Shown here: positions 36,506-47,332 of the stretch, one piece after another
Layout: each line of letters starts with the position of its first letter
How positions within the stretch are numbered: position 1 is the stretch's first letter
DNA from: a virus
Lineage: Duplodnaviria; Caudoviricetes
Virus record (IMG/VR): IMGVR_UViG_3300025502_001322
Location: 1 to 64,000 of that record
Strand: one strand, 5' to 3'
DNA length: 64,000 nucleotides
Position numbers and translations under genes: made by a program
Notes under the pieces: model-generated
What the model was told of the DNA's origin: nothing
Seen by the model: the letters and a program-made list of their open reading frames with translations, nothing else
Database searches by the model: none

Positions 36506-39169
36506 ATGAGTTACATAGACGCATTTCATGACAAAGACACAGATAGAATACACGTCGTAGAACGTATTAATGGTGAGAGAATCTACAACGAGTTTCCTGC
36601 CAATTACGTATTTTATTATGATGACCCTAAAGGCAAACATCGAACTATATACGGCACACCAGTAAGTAGATTCAATACACGTAACGGCAAAGAATTCCAC
36701 AAAGAGCAAAGAATACAAGGCGGTAACAAAAAGCTCTGGGAGTCGGATGTTAATGTAGTTTATCGCTGTCTAGAAGAAAACTATCTGGGCCAAGACGCTC
36801 CCAAACTACAAACATGTTTTTTCGATATTGAGGTTGACTTTGATCCTGAGAAAGGATTTAGCCCGCCCAGTGATCCGTTTAACAAAATAACTGCAATAAC
36901 AGTTTACTTAGACTGGCTTGGCAAACTAATTACTCTTGCAATCCCACCTAAGGGTATGAGTTGGGAAGAAGCACAAGATGTGGCAAACCAGTTTGATGAT
37001 ACATTCATGTTTACTGACGAAGCAGACATGTTGGATCAGTTTTTAAACTTAATAGATGATGCAGACATACTTAGTGGCTGGAACTCAGAAGGTTATGATA
37101 TTCCCTACACTGTTTTGCGTATTAATAAGGTATTAAGTAAAAATGATACCAGACGTTTTTGTCTATGGGGGCAATATCCTAAGAAGCGCACCTTTGAACG
37201 TTTTGGTGCAGAAAATCTGACATTTGATCTTATTGGCAGAGTGCATCTAGATTACATGCAACTCTATCGTAAGTACACATATGAGGAACGCCATAGTTAT
37301 TCACTAGACGCAATCGGTGAGTATGAACTAGATGAGCGTAAGACTCAATACGAAGGTACGCTGGATCAGTTATATAATCAGGACTTTAAAACGTTTATTG
37401 AATATAACAGGCAGGATACTGCATTGCTGTTTAAGTTGGATCAGAAACTAAGGTTTTTAGATTTAGCAAACGACCTTGCACACGACAACACAGTGCTACT
37501 ACCAACCACAATGGGTGCTGTGGCTGTCACAGAGCAGGCAATTATTAACGAAGCACATCAGCTGGGTATGGTTGTTCCTAATCGCACGAGAAGAGGCGAA
37601 GAAGAAAATACACAAGCGGCAGGTGCTTACGTTACACAACCTAAAAAAGGCATGCATGACTGGGTGGGTGCTATTGATATTAACTCACTGTATCCTAGTG
37701 CTATTCGTGCTTTAAACATGGGATCAGAAACTGTCGTGGGACAACTACGTCCTATTATGACAGACAGTTACTTGAACGAGAAACGTGTCGCAGGTAAAAC
37801 TTTCACAGACAGCTGGGACGGATTGTTTGCGTCACTGGAATATACTGCTGTTATGGAAATGCAAGCAGGCACTGAGATAACAGTAGACTGGGCGAATGGT
37901 GAAAGCACCGTACATACAGGTGCAGAACTCTGGAAGATGTTATTTGACTGTAATCAAAGTTGGACACTGAGTGCTAACGGCACTATCTTTACATACGAAA
38001 AGAAAGGTATTATTCCTGGACTGTTAGAACGTTGGTACGCAGAACGTCAAGAACTACAGGCAAAGAAGAAAGAAGCAACAGACACAGAGGACATTGCATT
38101 CTGGGACAAACGACAGTTGGTTAAGAAGATTAACTTGAACAGTTTGTACGGTGCTATCCTTAATCCAGGTTGTAGATTTTTTGACAAACGTATTGGACAA
38201 TCAACTACACTGACTGGCAGAAGTATTGCTAAACACATGGATGCGTTTACAAATGAATGCATAATGGGTGTGTACGATCATACTGGTGAAGCCATTATAT
38301 ATGGTGATACAGACTCTGTTTATTTTACTATGTGGCCCGCAGTTAAGGAAGATGTTGAGGCAGGTCGATTAACCTGGAATAAAGATGTAGTTATACAACT
38401 ATATGATCAAATTAGTAGTTCGCTTAATGAGAGTTTTCCTAAGTTTATGGCAAAAGCATTTCATTGTCCAAAACACATGGGAGAACTTATCCAAGGTAAC
38501 AGGGAACTTGTTGCTACTAAAGGCTTGTACATTAAGAAGAAGCGTTATGCGGCACTGATATATGACATGGAAGGGTACAGGTTAGATACTGAAGGCAAGC
38601 CAGGCAAAGTAAAAGCCATGGGACTTGACCTAAAACGGTCAGACACTCCTCCTGTAGTACAGAAGTTCCTAAGCGAGATATTATTAGCCACACTAACAGG
38701 TGCTAAAAAAGAGGAAATATACGACACGGTACGTGAGTTTAAAGTTGCGTTTAGAGAGCGTCCAGCATGGGAAAAAGGCACACCTAAACGTGTCAACAAC
38801 TTAACCAAGTACTCAGCCGCTGAGAAACGTGAGGGCAGAGCAAACATGCCCGGACACGTAAGAGCCAGTATGAACTGGAACAACTTATGTAAAATGATGA
38901 GCGACAATTACAGTCAGAAGATTGTTGACGGTATGAAAGTTATTGTTTGTAAACTTAAACAGAATCCGTTAGGATATACTAGTGTTGCTTATCCCACAGA
39001 CGAATCACATATTCCACAGTGGTTTAAAGACTTGCCGTTCGATGACGACTTGATGGAGGCCACTATTGTTGACCAAAAAGTAGAAAACTTACTAGGAGTA
39101 CTAGACTGGGATATTCCTAATTATACAGGAATAACTACTACATTTGACAGTTTATTTGATTTTGAATAA
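36506..39169 (+). CDS. DNA polymerase family B with 3'-5' exonuclease
   Basis: FDIEV (ExoI), GWNSEGYDIPY (ExoII), YNRQD (ExoIII), DINSLYP, KINLNSLYG, YGDTDS; uninterrupted. Confidence 0.96.
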   Translation: MSYIDAFHDKDTDRIHVVERINGERIYNEFPANYVFYYDDPKGKHRTIYGTPVSRFNTRNGKEFHKEQRIQGGNKKLWESDVNVVYRCLEENYLGQDAPKLQTCFFDIEVDFDPEKGFSPPSDPFNKITAITVYLDWLGKLITLAIPPKGMSWEEAQDVANQFDDTFMFTDEADMLDQFLNLIDDADILSGWNSEGYDIPYTVLRINKVLSKNDTRRFCLWGQYPKKRTFERFGAENLTFDLIGRVHLDYMQLYRKYTYEERHSYSLDAIGEYELDERKTQYEGTLDQLYNQDFKTFIEYNRQDTALLFKLDQKLRFLDLANDLAHDNTVLLPTTMGAVAVTEQAIINEAHQLGMVVPNRTRRGEEENTQAAGAYVTQPKKGMHDWVGAIDINSLYPSAIRALNMGSETVVGQLRPIMTDSYLNEKRVAGKTFTDSWDGLFASLEYTAVMEMQAGTEITVDWANGESTVHTGAELWKMLFDCNQSWTLSANGTIFTYEKKGIIPGLLERWYAERQELQAKKKEATDTEDIAFWDKRQLVKKINLNSLYGAILNPGCRFFDKRIGQSTTLTGRSIAKHMDAFTNECIMGVYDHTGEAIIYGDTDSVYFTMWPAVKEDVEAGRLTWNKDVVIQLYDQISSSLNESFPKFMAKAFHCPKHMGELIQGNRELVATKGLYIKKKRYAALIYDMEGYRLDTEGKPGKVKAMGLDLKRSDTPPVVQKFLSEILLATLTGAKKEEIYDTVREFKVAFRERPAWEKGTPKRVNNLTKYSAAEKREGRANMPGHVRASMNWNNLCKMMSDNYSQKIVDGMKVIVCKLKQNPLGYTSVAYPTDESHIPQWFKDLPFDDDLMEATIVDQKVENLLGVLDWDIPNYTGITTTFDSLFDFE

Positions 39170-39192
39170 TTATTGACGATAAATAGTTATGT

Positions 39193-40449
39193 ATGCGACT
39201 CAGTCAGTTACTCAAATTAAAGCAGGATCTTCAAAAACATAATAATAAAATAATTGAAGATGCTATTAATGATGCCATTGCACATGTTAATCAACTAGCA
39301 ATGGTTCCTGCTAGGCTGCCTGAAGCAGACACCTTCCAATCCCTAAAGTCTGAATATAGGAATCTATTACCAAATCTAAGGAAAATAGATGAGCACAAAC
39401 GAACTAAAATTCAAGACTTAGATGAGAAAATATCTGAATGGGGCAAACAGTATTATATAGACAGTTACGACATGTATGAATCGCAACACAAATTAGCTGA
39501 TGTTGCTACTAACAGGGACATACGTAAGTTGTACATGTATGATAATGTCAGAGAAGTTGTTAAAACAAGAATATACACATATGTAGATTGGCGCTACCCT
39601 ACGTTAGAGATAGGTCCTGGAGACGGTGATTTTACACAACACTTAATTGCAGGAGACCCATTATATGTTGTTGACATTCATCAGGAATTCTTAGACAGTA
39701 CCAAAAAACAGTTTAATGAGTTTTACGCTACCAAAAGACTTAGACCTTATCTTATTAAAAATAACTATGACCTAAGTGCCTTACCACAACAACAGATGGG
39801 GTTTGTGTTAGCATGGAACATTTTTAACTATTTTCCACTGGAAGGAATTAAAGAGTATCTTAAAGAAATTTCTAAAGTAATGCGACCAGGTGGAGTCTTG
39901 CTATTCAGTTATAACAACTCTGACAGATGGCAAGGTGCTGAAATGGTAGAAAATGCTTTCATGTGTCATACTCCCAAACACGTACTTTTGCCTTTATTAG
40001 AGAGTTTAGGATTTGAGATTATAACCAGCAAGGATTACGACCCAACAGTAAGTTGGGTAGAGGTGCGTAAGCCTGGTGTTATATCAACCTGTAAAGCTCA
40101 CCAGACGATGGGCTCAGTAATTCAAATTTTAGATCCAGACGAAGATCCAATAAGTGTAGTAGCAAGGGCTCAAGAAGAATTAAGAGTTTCCCTAGATGCA
40201 CAGACACGTTTTGACCTACAGAGACATAAACCAGACTGGTTTGACGCAGTCATACAGTATAGAAAAAAACACAACATAACTATTGAAAAGGCACTAGAGA
40301 TTGTATTTGAACAAGTAGGACTGGATCTCAATAGTGTTAAGGAACATAAAACGCAGACTCTTTTAACAGAAGAACGCAAACCACAGGAACAAATTGATCT
40401 TGAACGACAAGAAAATTTAGACCTGGCAAAAAAAGCCCGAAAAAAATAA
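39193..40449 (+). CDS. Class I SAM-dependent methyltransferase with helical extensions
   Basis: LEIGPGDG, VVDI, NIFNY, PGGVLLF. Confidence 0.75.
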   Translation: MRLSQLLKLKQDLQKHNNKIIEDAINDAIAHVNQLAMVPARLPEADTFQSLKSEYRNLLPNLRKIDEHKRTKIQDLDEKISEWGKQYYIDSYDMYESQHKLADVATNRDIRKLYMYDNVREVVKTRIYTYVDWRYPTLEIGPGDGDFTQHLIAGDPLYVVDIHQEFLDSTKKQFNEFYATKRLRPYLIKNNYDLSALPQQQMGFVLAWNIFNYFPLEGIKEYLKEISKVMRPGGVLLFSYNNSDRWQGAEMVENAFMCHTPKHVLLPLLESLGFEIITSKDYDPTVSWVEVRKPGVISTCKAHQTMGSVIQILDPDEDPISVVARAQEELRVSLDAQTRFDLQRHKPDWFDAVIQYRKKHNITIEKALEIVFEQVGLDLNSVKEHKTQTLLTEERKPQEQIDLERQENLDLAKKARKK

Positions 40450-40459
40450 CAAATAATTC

Positions 40460-40488
40460 TTGCTTTCTACCTCAATATCAACTATAAT
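40460..40488 (+). promoter_or_regulatory. sigma70-type promoter
   Basis: TTGCTT-17 nt-TATAAT; AAGGAG SD. Confidence 0.65.
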
Positions 40489-40509
40489 ATCCCTAAAGGA
40501 GAACATTCA

Positions 40510-41241
40510 ATGAAAGATAACTTATTAGACCTAGTATCGCATACATTTGCACTTGGTAATGTAAACAAACTTAAAGTGCAAGGTACTGCAACAGAAACAA
40601 AAATTAATTCTATAGCAGAAGACAAGACTGTTATTATCGAGGGTACATTTAAAAAGCCTATTAAAGAGCTCGAAGGCACGTTTGGTATGCCTAACCTGAG
40701 CAAACTTAATATTATTTTAGGCATTCCAGAGTACAAAGACAACCCTAACATTTCAATTAGTACACAAGACAAAAACGGTGAGACTGTTAAAACAGGTATT
40801 AGTTTTGAGAATGCCGAAGGTGACTTTAAAAACGATTACAGATTTATGAGTAAAGAAGTTGTTGAGGAACAACTTAAAACAATTAAGTTTAGGGGTGTTA
40901 AATGGAATGTAGACTTCAGTCCTACCGACGCCAGTATCCAGCGTTTTAAATTTCAGACACAGGCTAATGCAGAACACCCAAGTTTTATTGCTAAGTCAGA
41001 AGGCAACGACTTAAAATTCTTCTTTGGTGAAGCAACAAGTCACGCAGGTAACTTTGTGTTTGCCGCAGATATTGAAGGCAAAGTTACCAAGCCTTGGTCA
41101 TGGCCCGTAGCACCTATTACAGCAATACTGGGTCTTATTGGTGACAAAACTATCAAATTTAGTGACGAAGGAGCGGCTATGCTTACAGTAGATAGCGGTA
41201 TTGCAGTATATAACTACATTATTCCAGCACTTACCAAGTGA
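40510..41241 (+). CDS. Sliding clamp (gp45/PCNA-like processivity factor)
   Basis: 243 aa, two-domain alpha/beta pattern, C-terminal Y.Y.IP; RFC loader and PolB nearby. Confidence 0.6.
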   Translation: MKDNLLDLVSHTFALGNVNKLKVQGTATETKINSIAEDKTVIIEGTFKKPIKELEGTFGMPNLSKLNIILGIPEYKDNPNISISTQDKNGETVKTGISFENAEGDFKNDYRFMSKEVVEEQLKTIKFRGVKWNVDFSPTDASIQRFKFQTQANAEHPSFIAKSEGNDLKFFFGEATSHAGNFVFAADIEGKVTKPWSWPVAPITAILGLIGDKTIKFSDEGAAMLTVDSGIAVYNYIIPALTK

Positions 41242-41269
41242 TAGAACTTAACAACAGTTCTCCTGCGTA

Positions 41270-42022
41270 GTGACGTACTTCATTGACAAGATAAGAGTTG
41301 AACATTCTTCTAACTCAGGAACAAGCATACTACATGGATACATTCCTAGTGTAGGACTCACTTATTATAGTGGACAAGGACACACAGTAGGACAATGTTA
41401 CAAGTGTCCTGACCAACCGGTAGTGTATATTAATACACCAAAGTGTGCGAGTAGTTTTATGAAGACTCATTTACTTAATCTAGGGTGGGAAAATAAATTT
41501 TTACAACTAGGAGACTGGGTTGCGGATAATCCCTCTGATATGATGCCAGTCAGCGACGTAGAAAAGTTCATTGTTGTTATGAGAGATCCTTATGATAGAT
41601 GGTTAAGTGGTATAGCAGAATACTTTGGTGAATATTTTAACGATCACGAAGGCATATTTGAATACTTGAATAATCCGTTAACTCTAAAGTTATTAGCACA
41701 AAGAGTATCGTTTGATGATCATACTGAAAGCCAATTATTCTTTTTACAGAATGTACCGTTAGAAAAATGTGTGTTCTTAAGACAGGAACAAGGGCTTAAC
41801 TTTAAAATTTCAGAGTACTTCAGAACTGTTCTAAATATACCTAACAATATATCAAGTGAAAAGCCAGTGCATGTCTCAACAGGCGGTTCCTGGAACGGCA
41901 GAGTAAAACAACATTTAAATAGACTTTTAAGAGAAAACAACGTAGAATACATGAATGTCTTAAAGACTATGGAACAAGATTACGAATTTATGGATAACAT
42001 AGTGCATTTTTATGGCGATTGA
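41270..42022 (+). CDS. Sulfotransferase family 2-like protein
   Basis: YINTPKCASS (PAPS loop), RDPYDRWLSG, DDHT.SQ. Confidence 0.72.
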   Translation: MTYFIDKIRVEHSSNSGTSILHGYIPSVGLTYYSGQGHTVGQCYKCPDQPVVYINTPKCASSFMKTHLLNLGWENKFLQLGDWVADNPSDMMPVSDVEKFIVVMRDPYDRWLSGIAEYFGEYFNDHEGIFEYLNNPLTLKLLAQRVSFDDHTESQLFFLQNVPLEKCVFLRQEQGLNFKISEYFRTVLNIPNNISSEKPVHVSTGGSWNGRVKQHLNRLLRENNVEYMNVLKTMEQDYEFMDNIVHFYGD

Positions 42023-43484
42023 ACAAGACAACTTGTCTGCTAAACAAAAAGACTACGCAGTCTACTTGCCTGCGCTTAGTAGTTTTTATACGGCATTTGT
42101 AGGTAAACAACAAGAGACAGGCAACTATGTAGATCCTGCTAGAGTGCCCAGTAGTTTCCAAAATGGTGTGGAAAGTCTAAACTTCCTTAATGAAAAAGAA
42201 GGAATGTTTACCTACAATCAAGCATTATATAGTGCAGGACATGCAGTGTTAGATGTTGCTAAAGACCATCCTAAAGACTGGATGGTAACACGTCGTGACA
42301 GGAAAAAGAATCTCATCGTAGGTGATTCAGGTGGCTTTCAGATTGCAAAGGGCACCTGGGAAGGCAACTGGCCCGACACTACAGATAAAGCTACAAGTAA
42401 AAAACGTAAACAGGTGTTGACCTGGTTAGACTCAGTTTGTGATTATGGAATGACACTTGATATTCCTACTTGGACTGTGCATGACAAAAAAGCAAGTGCA
42501 AAGACAAATATTAAAACATACCAACAGGCTGTCGACATAACACAATTTAACAACGAGTACTTTATTAAGAACAGAACAGGTGCCTGTAAATTCTTAAATG
42601 TGCTTCAAGGCAGTAACCACACTGATGCTGACCATTGGTATAGTTTAATGAAGAAGTACTGTGACCCAAAACAGTATCCCAATGACCACTTTAACGGTTG
42701 GGGCATGGGAGGTCAGAATATGTGTGATCTGCATCTTATTCTAAAACGTCTTGTAACGCTACACTATGATGGTTTACTACTACCCGGCACACATGACTGG
42801 ATGCATATCTTAGGTACAAGTAGACTAGAATGGGCATGTGTCCTAACAGATACACAACGTGCGGTTAGAGAAAATTACAACCCACAATTTACTCTAAGTT
42901 TTGATTGTGCGAGTCCCTTCTTAGCAACAGCCAACGGACAAGTGTACACTGTAAACGAACATCCAGACCGGGGTAAATGGGTATACAGAATGCGTCCCTG
43001 TGTTGATGACAAGAAGTATCATAACGATACACGACCATTTGTGTCAGCAGTGTTACAGGATGGGTTATTTGATAACTTTACTGACAGCATAGTAACCCAA
43101 GGCATACAGTTGAAAGATGTCTGCATTTATGCCAACGGTGACCTCAATAAAATTGGCAAAGAAGGCAAGACCTCTTGGGATAGTTTTAGTTACGCCATAC
43201 TGATGGCACACAATGTCTGGATGCACATTAAGGCAGTACAAGACTCAAATGTTCTGTATGACCAGGGCAAGATGCCAAGAATGCTAGTAAATGACCTGGG
43301 TGCTGGCACTGCTATTAGGGACATAATTAACGAAGTGTTTGCACAGCCCACTAAAGAAAAGAGCCTTGCAATTATTGAAAAACATAGCACACTCTGGATG
43401 CAAGTAGTTGGAAACAGAGGATTCTCAGGCAAGAGAGCTCTAAACGCTAATACACAGTTTAGCAATTTGTTTGAAATGGCTTGA
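42012..43484 (+). CDS. TGT-fold guanine transglycosylase, DpdA-like
   Basis: GDSGGFQ, MTLD, NVLQG, GWGMGG, HILG, SFDCASP map onto TGT motifs; no C-terminal Zn site. Confidence 0.8.
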   Translation: MAIEQDNLSAKQKDYAVYLPALSSFYTAFVGKQQETGNYVDPARVPSSFQNGVESLNFLNEKEGMFTYNQALYSAGHAVLDVAKDHPKDWMVTRRDRKKNLIVGDSGGFQIAKGTWEGNWPDTTDKATSKKRKQVLTWLDSVCDYGMTLDIPTWTVHDKKASAKTNIKTYQQAVDITQFNNEYFIKNRTGACKFLNVLQGSNHTDADHWYSLMKKYCDPKQYPNDHFNGWGMGGQNMCDLHLILKRLVTLHYDGLLLPGTHDWMHILGTSRLEWACVLTDTQRAVRENYNPQFTLSFDCASPFLATANGQVYTVNEHPDRGKWVYRMRPCVDDKKYHNDTRPFVSAVLQDGLFDNFTDSIVTQGIQLKDVCIYANGDLNKIGKEGKTSWDSFSYAILMAHNVWMHIKAVQDSNVLYDQGKMPRMLVNDLGAGTAIRDIINEVFAQPTKEKSLAIIEKHSTLWMQVVGNRGFSGKRALNANTQFSNLFEMA

Positions 43485-43509
43485 CAGCCTAGTCGAGTAG
43501 CCTTATAAT
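43481..43509 (+). promoter_or_regulatory. Consensus sigma70 promoter
   Basis: TTGACA-17 nt-TATAAT. Confidence 0.8.
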
Positions 43510-43542
43510 AACACAATACTAATCATACGTAAGGTGTAGGTT

Positions 43543-45966
43543 ATGAAGCTACTAGTAATAACTGTTTGTGCAACCCTACTGTCAGCATGTGGCGGAGGTG
43601 GTGGGGGCGGTGGGGGCAATCTTCGCCAAGGAAGTCCTGTTTCTTCTCCCACACAATCATCAGCTGATGTAGACTTTGCAACACCGATTCGAGCTGGCAC
43701 CTACGAGCTGTTTACATCTGGTAGTACCAGTACTCCTGTACAAGACATATTTGTACAGGACTTAAATGCTGACTCTAAAGAAGAAGTTATTATTGCAGGT
43801 AGACAGAGTGCAAGCGCATTTAGTGCTTGTACCGGTGATCTAGACTGTAAAAAAGCCGCATACCAAAACAGTCAAATTAGTATATATGGCTTTAATGCCA
43901 GTAACATACTGGTTAACCAAACAGGTGATTGGTTTACGGGTAATGATCATCAAATAATAGGATCAGAGCCTAGCCTAAGGTTTGGTGACTTTAATGGCGA
44001 CAACAGTATAGACATGGCAGTGGGACATTCTACTGACATGGAACACTTTGGTCCTTTAATCGTATATAAAAACACAGGCGCAAGTAGTTTTAACAGAGAA
44101 GACCATGATATTGGTGACAAGTGGATGCACGATATCGGGGTAGGCGATGTTAACCAAGATGGGTTTGACGATGTTATTGTTGGTGGTTACAGTAACATGG
44201 TTGTTATGTTGGGCGGAGCGGCAAACTTTACACAACTAGACACAACACATAGTGGCAACAGTGGTTTGGCTATAGGAGACTTCTTGGGTGATGGGTCAGT
44301 AACATTTGTGTTTGTTGATTCGACCGGTGATGGCGATGTAGATGACGACACCACGTTAATGAGTTTTAGTCAAACAGGTGTTAATACAGGAGAGTTTACT
44401 AGAATATCAAGACTACCCAGCTCACGTTTTGAACTCCCTTTATATGACGAATTGTTTGATCCCACACAAAACGAACGAGGTCACGACATTAGAGCAGTAC
44501 CGTTTGACTTCAACAACGACGGCTTACTGGATGCTGTGGTTGTCAGCGTTAGCACGGGTCCATTGGATAATAAGAACAGAACAGAAATACAGTTCTTACA
44601 AAATGCAGGAGCAGGCAACTTCATTGACGTAACAGATGACTTACGTGTTGGTTGGGATTTATTTACAAACGGTGACTACAATCCACAGTTGGTTGATGTT
44701 AACGATGACGGCTTAATGGATATTTTATTAAGTGCGCAAAACTTTGGCAATTCTGAATCTACGAGGGTATTACTGCAAACAACTGAAGGCAAGTATGTAC
44801 AAAGTTTTACAGACGTATTTGCTGACTTTGCAACAACAGTACAGGGGTTAGAGACCGAAAAAAATCAGGTACTTAATACTGTTAGATTCGTTACCGGTCC
44901 TGGTGGTGCCAAGTTTCTTGTTACAGCAGTTACACTTAACGATGGCAGTAATGCACTTTACACAACTAAACTAGGCAATGCAGGTGGCACCACAGCACAA
45001 GCCAGCATTGCCCTAATACAACAGGTATGGCCTTACATAACAGACGAACTAGCCGCACAGATCCTAGCTGGTACAGCATTTACAGACTTTGAAGGCTTTG
45101 ATCCTGCTGTGCATGGCTTTGGAATTATTGACATAGAACGTGCATTGTTGCCAGTAGGTGAATTACGCCTGCCGCTAGAAGGCAGGGATGGTACCGTTGC
45201 AATTACAGGCTTACTAAGTGGTGTTAACTTTGGTAATTTAGATAGAGTACAGGCAGTAGACAGTTTAGGTAGAGGATTTGAGATTGGCATTAACAGTATG
45301 CATAATCCTCAGCAACAAGATATCTGGTATGACATTAGTTTTACTAATGACAGTTACACCAGAATGGACTACAACTTTAACACCGTGTATGATAATGGTG
45401 TTGTCAATTACAGTCCAACAGATGAGTCTGGAAACTACACTGTGGGACTTAAGAACATTAAACTACTGAAAGACTGGTACTTACAGGGACAATACACTGT
45501 ATTAAATGCACAAAATCCCTGGTTTAACATGTCTGGTATGTGGGGTACTATAAACAGTTCTACTACATTTGAAACTGTGGCAACACATCTACACAACGAC
45601 TTTACCTTTAACCTTGGTACTATGTATACTAACACAGACTTTGAACCAGGATTGGTTACTGATGTAAGTTCGCTAACTAGTGTGTGGTCAGAAGTAAGTT
45701 GGCGACGTGCAGGTTTCAGAGCCGCAGTGGGCACAATGCCTTATTTGGTAGACGGTGGTATAACATTAAGATTGCCCACAAGTATTGACTTTACTGGCTC
45801 AATACAATATACTGAATTTGACTACAAAATAAGAAACACATTTGCAGAGTATGTTAGTTTAGGTTATAAGAAGCAACTTAACTTTAACACCAGTGTTAGC
45901 GTAGATGGTTACACTAACGGATATGGATTTAGTAAAACACAATTGAAATACAACTATACATTTTAA
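43543..45966 (+). CDS. Lipoprotein with FG-GAP/VCBS repeats and autotransporter-like C-terminal beta domain
   Basis: Lipobox LSAC + Gly9; repeats DLNADSKEE, GDFNGD, GDVNQDG, DFNNDG, DVNDDG; amphipathic strands ending YNYTF. Confidence 0.7.
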   Translation: MKLLVITVCATLLSACGGGGGGGGGNLRQGSPVSSPTQSSADVDFATPIRAGTYELFTSGSTSTPVQDIFVQDLNADSKEEVIIAGRQSASAFSACTGDLDCKKAAYQNSQISIYGFNASNILVNQTGDWFTGNDHQIIGSEPSLRFGDFNGDNSIDMAVGHSTDMEHFGPLIVYKNTGASSFNREDHDIGDKWMHDIGVGDVNQDGFDDVIVGGYSNMVVMLGGAANFTQLDTTHSGNSGLAIGDFLGDGSVTFVFVDSTGDGDVDDDTTLMSFSQTGVNTGEFTRISRLPSSRFELPLYDELFDPTQNERGHDIRAVPFDFNNDGLLDAVVVSVSTGPLDNKNRTEIQFLQNAGAGNFIDVTDDLRVGWDLFTNGDYNPQLVDVNDDGLMDILLSAQNFGNSESTRVLLQTTEGKYVQSFTDVFADFATTVQGLETEKNQVLNTVRFVTGPGGAKFLVTAVTLNDGSNALYTTKLGNAGGTTAQASIALIQQVWPYITDELAAQILAGTAFTDFEGFDPAVHGFGIIDIERALLPVGELRLPLEGRDGTVAITGLLSGVNFGNLDRVQAVDSLGRGFEIGINSMHNPQQQDIWYDISFTNDSYTRMDYNFNTVYDNGVVNYSPTDESGNYTVGLKNIKLLKDWYLQGQYTVLNAQNPWFNMSGMWGTINSSTTFETVATHLHNDFTFNLGTMYTNTDFEPGLVTDVSSLTSVWSEVSWRRAGFRAAVGTMPYLVDGGITLRLPTSIDFTGSIQYTEFDYKIRNTFAEYVSLGYKKQLNFNTSVSVDGYTNGYGFSKTQLKYNYTF

Positions 45967-45974
45967 ATAATATT

Positions 45975-46271
45975 ATGAAAACAATTATCTTAGCAACACT
46001 ACTTACAATATCAACTCCTACATGGGCTAACCAAGCATGTATGGGGTACTCTAGAATGGCAGAAGACATCGCAACAATGCTAGTAGAGGGCATTAACCCC
46101 GACAACATTAACTTTGTCGACCCAGGTAACCCAGTGGACAAAGGTGCACAAAACTCAGGCAATGGGTTGGTTAGGCGCATACAACAAATGTTGGCTAATC
46201 AGAGTACACCAAGAGAGATCAGGGACATTATATTACAAGATTGTTTAAACCCAAACGATGTCAAATCTTAG
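45975..46271 (+). CDS. Secreted hypothetical protein
   Basis: Signal peptide; two Cys. Confidence 0.55.
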   Translation: MKTIILATLLTISTPTWANQACMGYSRMAEDIATMLVEGINPDNINFVDPGNPVDKGAQNSGNGLVRRIQQMLANQSTPREIRDIILQDCLNPNDVKS

Positions 46272-46280
46272 GAGAATAAA

Positions 46281-46454
46281 ATGTTATCTAATAGACTTGA
46301 AGCACTCTATGAAAAACACCAAGAGCTAGAACAAGAACTTTGCTTTCTAGTTAACGGACATCCGCATGTTCAGGAACAGAGAGTAAAAACAATTAAGAAA
46401 CAGAAGTTGCTGATTAAGGACGAACTACAACATCTTAAAACTGTGGATAAATGA
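46281..46454 (+). CDS. DUF465/YdcH-like helical hairpin protein, 57 aa (not in track)
   Basis: GGAG SD; RLEALYEKHQELE...IKKQKLLIKDEL; ATGA overlap with next gene. Confidence 0.65.
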   Translation: MLSNRLEALYEKHQELEQELCFLVNGHPHVQEQRVKTIKKQKLLIKDELQHLKTVDK

Positions 46455-47332
46455 AAAGCATTGTAGTCGGGTTAGGTATAGGCAATCTATATAAGTCTGT
46501 CTTAGAACACATTGGTAATGAAGTAGTAACTGTTGACACTGACAGTGCCAAGAATCCTACTTATACCGACTTATCAAAATCTCTGACATCTCAAGAGCTA
46601 AGTTTAAATGGCAAGTTTGTTACGGGACACGTATGCACACCAAACTTTACACATTATAGTGTAGCAGATACAATAGCACCCTACTGTGATATTGTATTTG
46701 TAGAGAAGCCAGGTGTTAGAACTGCTGACGAATGGCAACAGTTAGTAGATAGGCATCCTGACACAAAGTTTATACTTGTTAAAAATAACATGTGGCGTAG
46801 TAATATCAAAGAACTACGTGAACATGCGCAACAAGCAGAATCTGTTGAGCTTAATTGGATAAACAAAGATAGAGTACCTAGTCCGGGTACTTGGTTTACC
46901 ACGATGGACCTCGCATTTGGTGGTGTTAGTAGAGACCTTATGCCACATCTACTAAGTTTATATATGGCATTTGATGACGATTGGCGTCAAGCAGAACCAA
47001 CACAAGCACTAGCACACAGACGTTATGAGTTGTCAGAATTATCCAACACTGATTACGGAGAAGTAAATAATAATGGCGTTTACAATGTAGACGACTTATG
47101 TAAATTTTCTATTAACAAATATAAACTAACCGCCGATTGGCGTGACACACAATCTGATAAACGTAATATAATTTTCTCTAACCCGGACTACACGTTTAAA
47201 CTAGGATTATGCCCAGAACTAGCATACGAGAATATGATACGAGACTGTATCTATAATCGTAACACAGAAGGTTTCTGGCAAGATCAACTGGAAAAAGACT
47301 TGTGGATACACAAACAAATTCAAAACTTATAA
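46451..47332 (+). CDS. Gfo/Idh/MocA family oxidoreductase
   Basis: VVGLGIG, VCTPNFTH, VEKP, GGVSRDLMPH. Confidence 0.85.
   Translation: MKSIVVGLGIGNLYKSVLEHIGNEVVTVDTDSAKNPTYTDLSKSLTSQELSLNGKFVTGHVCTPNFTHYSVADTIAPYCDIVFVEKPGVRTADEWQQLVDRHPDTKFILVKNNMWRSNIKELREHAQQAESVELNWINKDRVPSPGTWFTTMDLAFGGVSRDLMPHLLSLYMAFDDDWRQAEPTQALAHRRYELSELSNTDYGEVNNNGVYNVDDLCKFSINKYKLTADWRDTQSDKRNIIFSNPDYTFKLGLCPELAYENMIRDCIYNRNTEGFWQDQLEKDLWIHKQIQNL

Noticed and set aside
36506-39169. Intron or intein in the DNA polymerase
   Set aside because: ORF is continuous, of normal size, with all PolB motifs and no intein or homing endonuclease signature
42012-43484. Canonical tRNA-guanine transglycosylase (tgt)
   Set aside because: Longer than and divergent from bacterial Tgt, with no Zn-binding C-terminal motif; phage context favours a DNA-acting DpdA-like enzyme, so no tgt symbol was given
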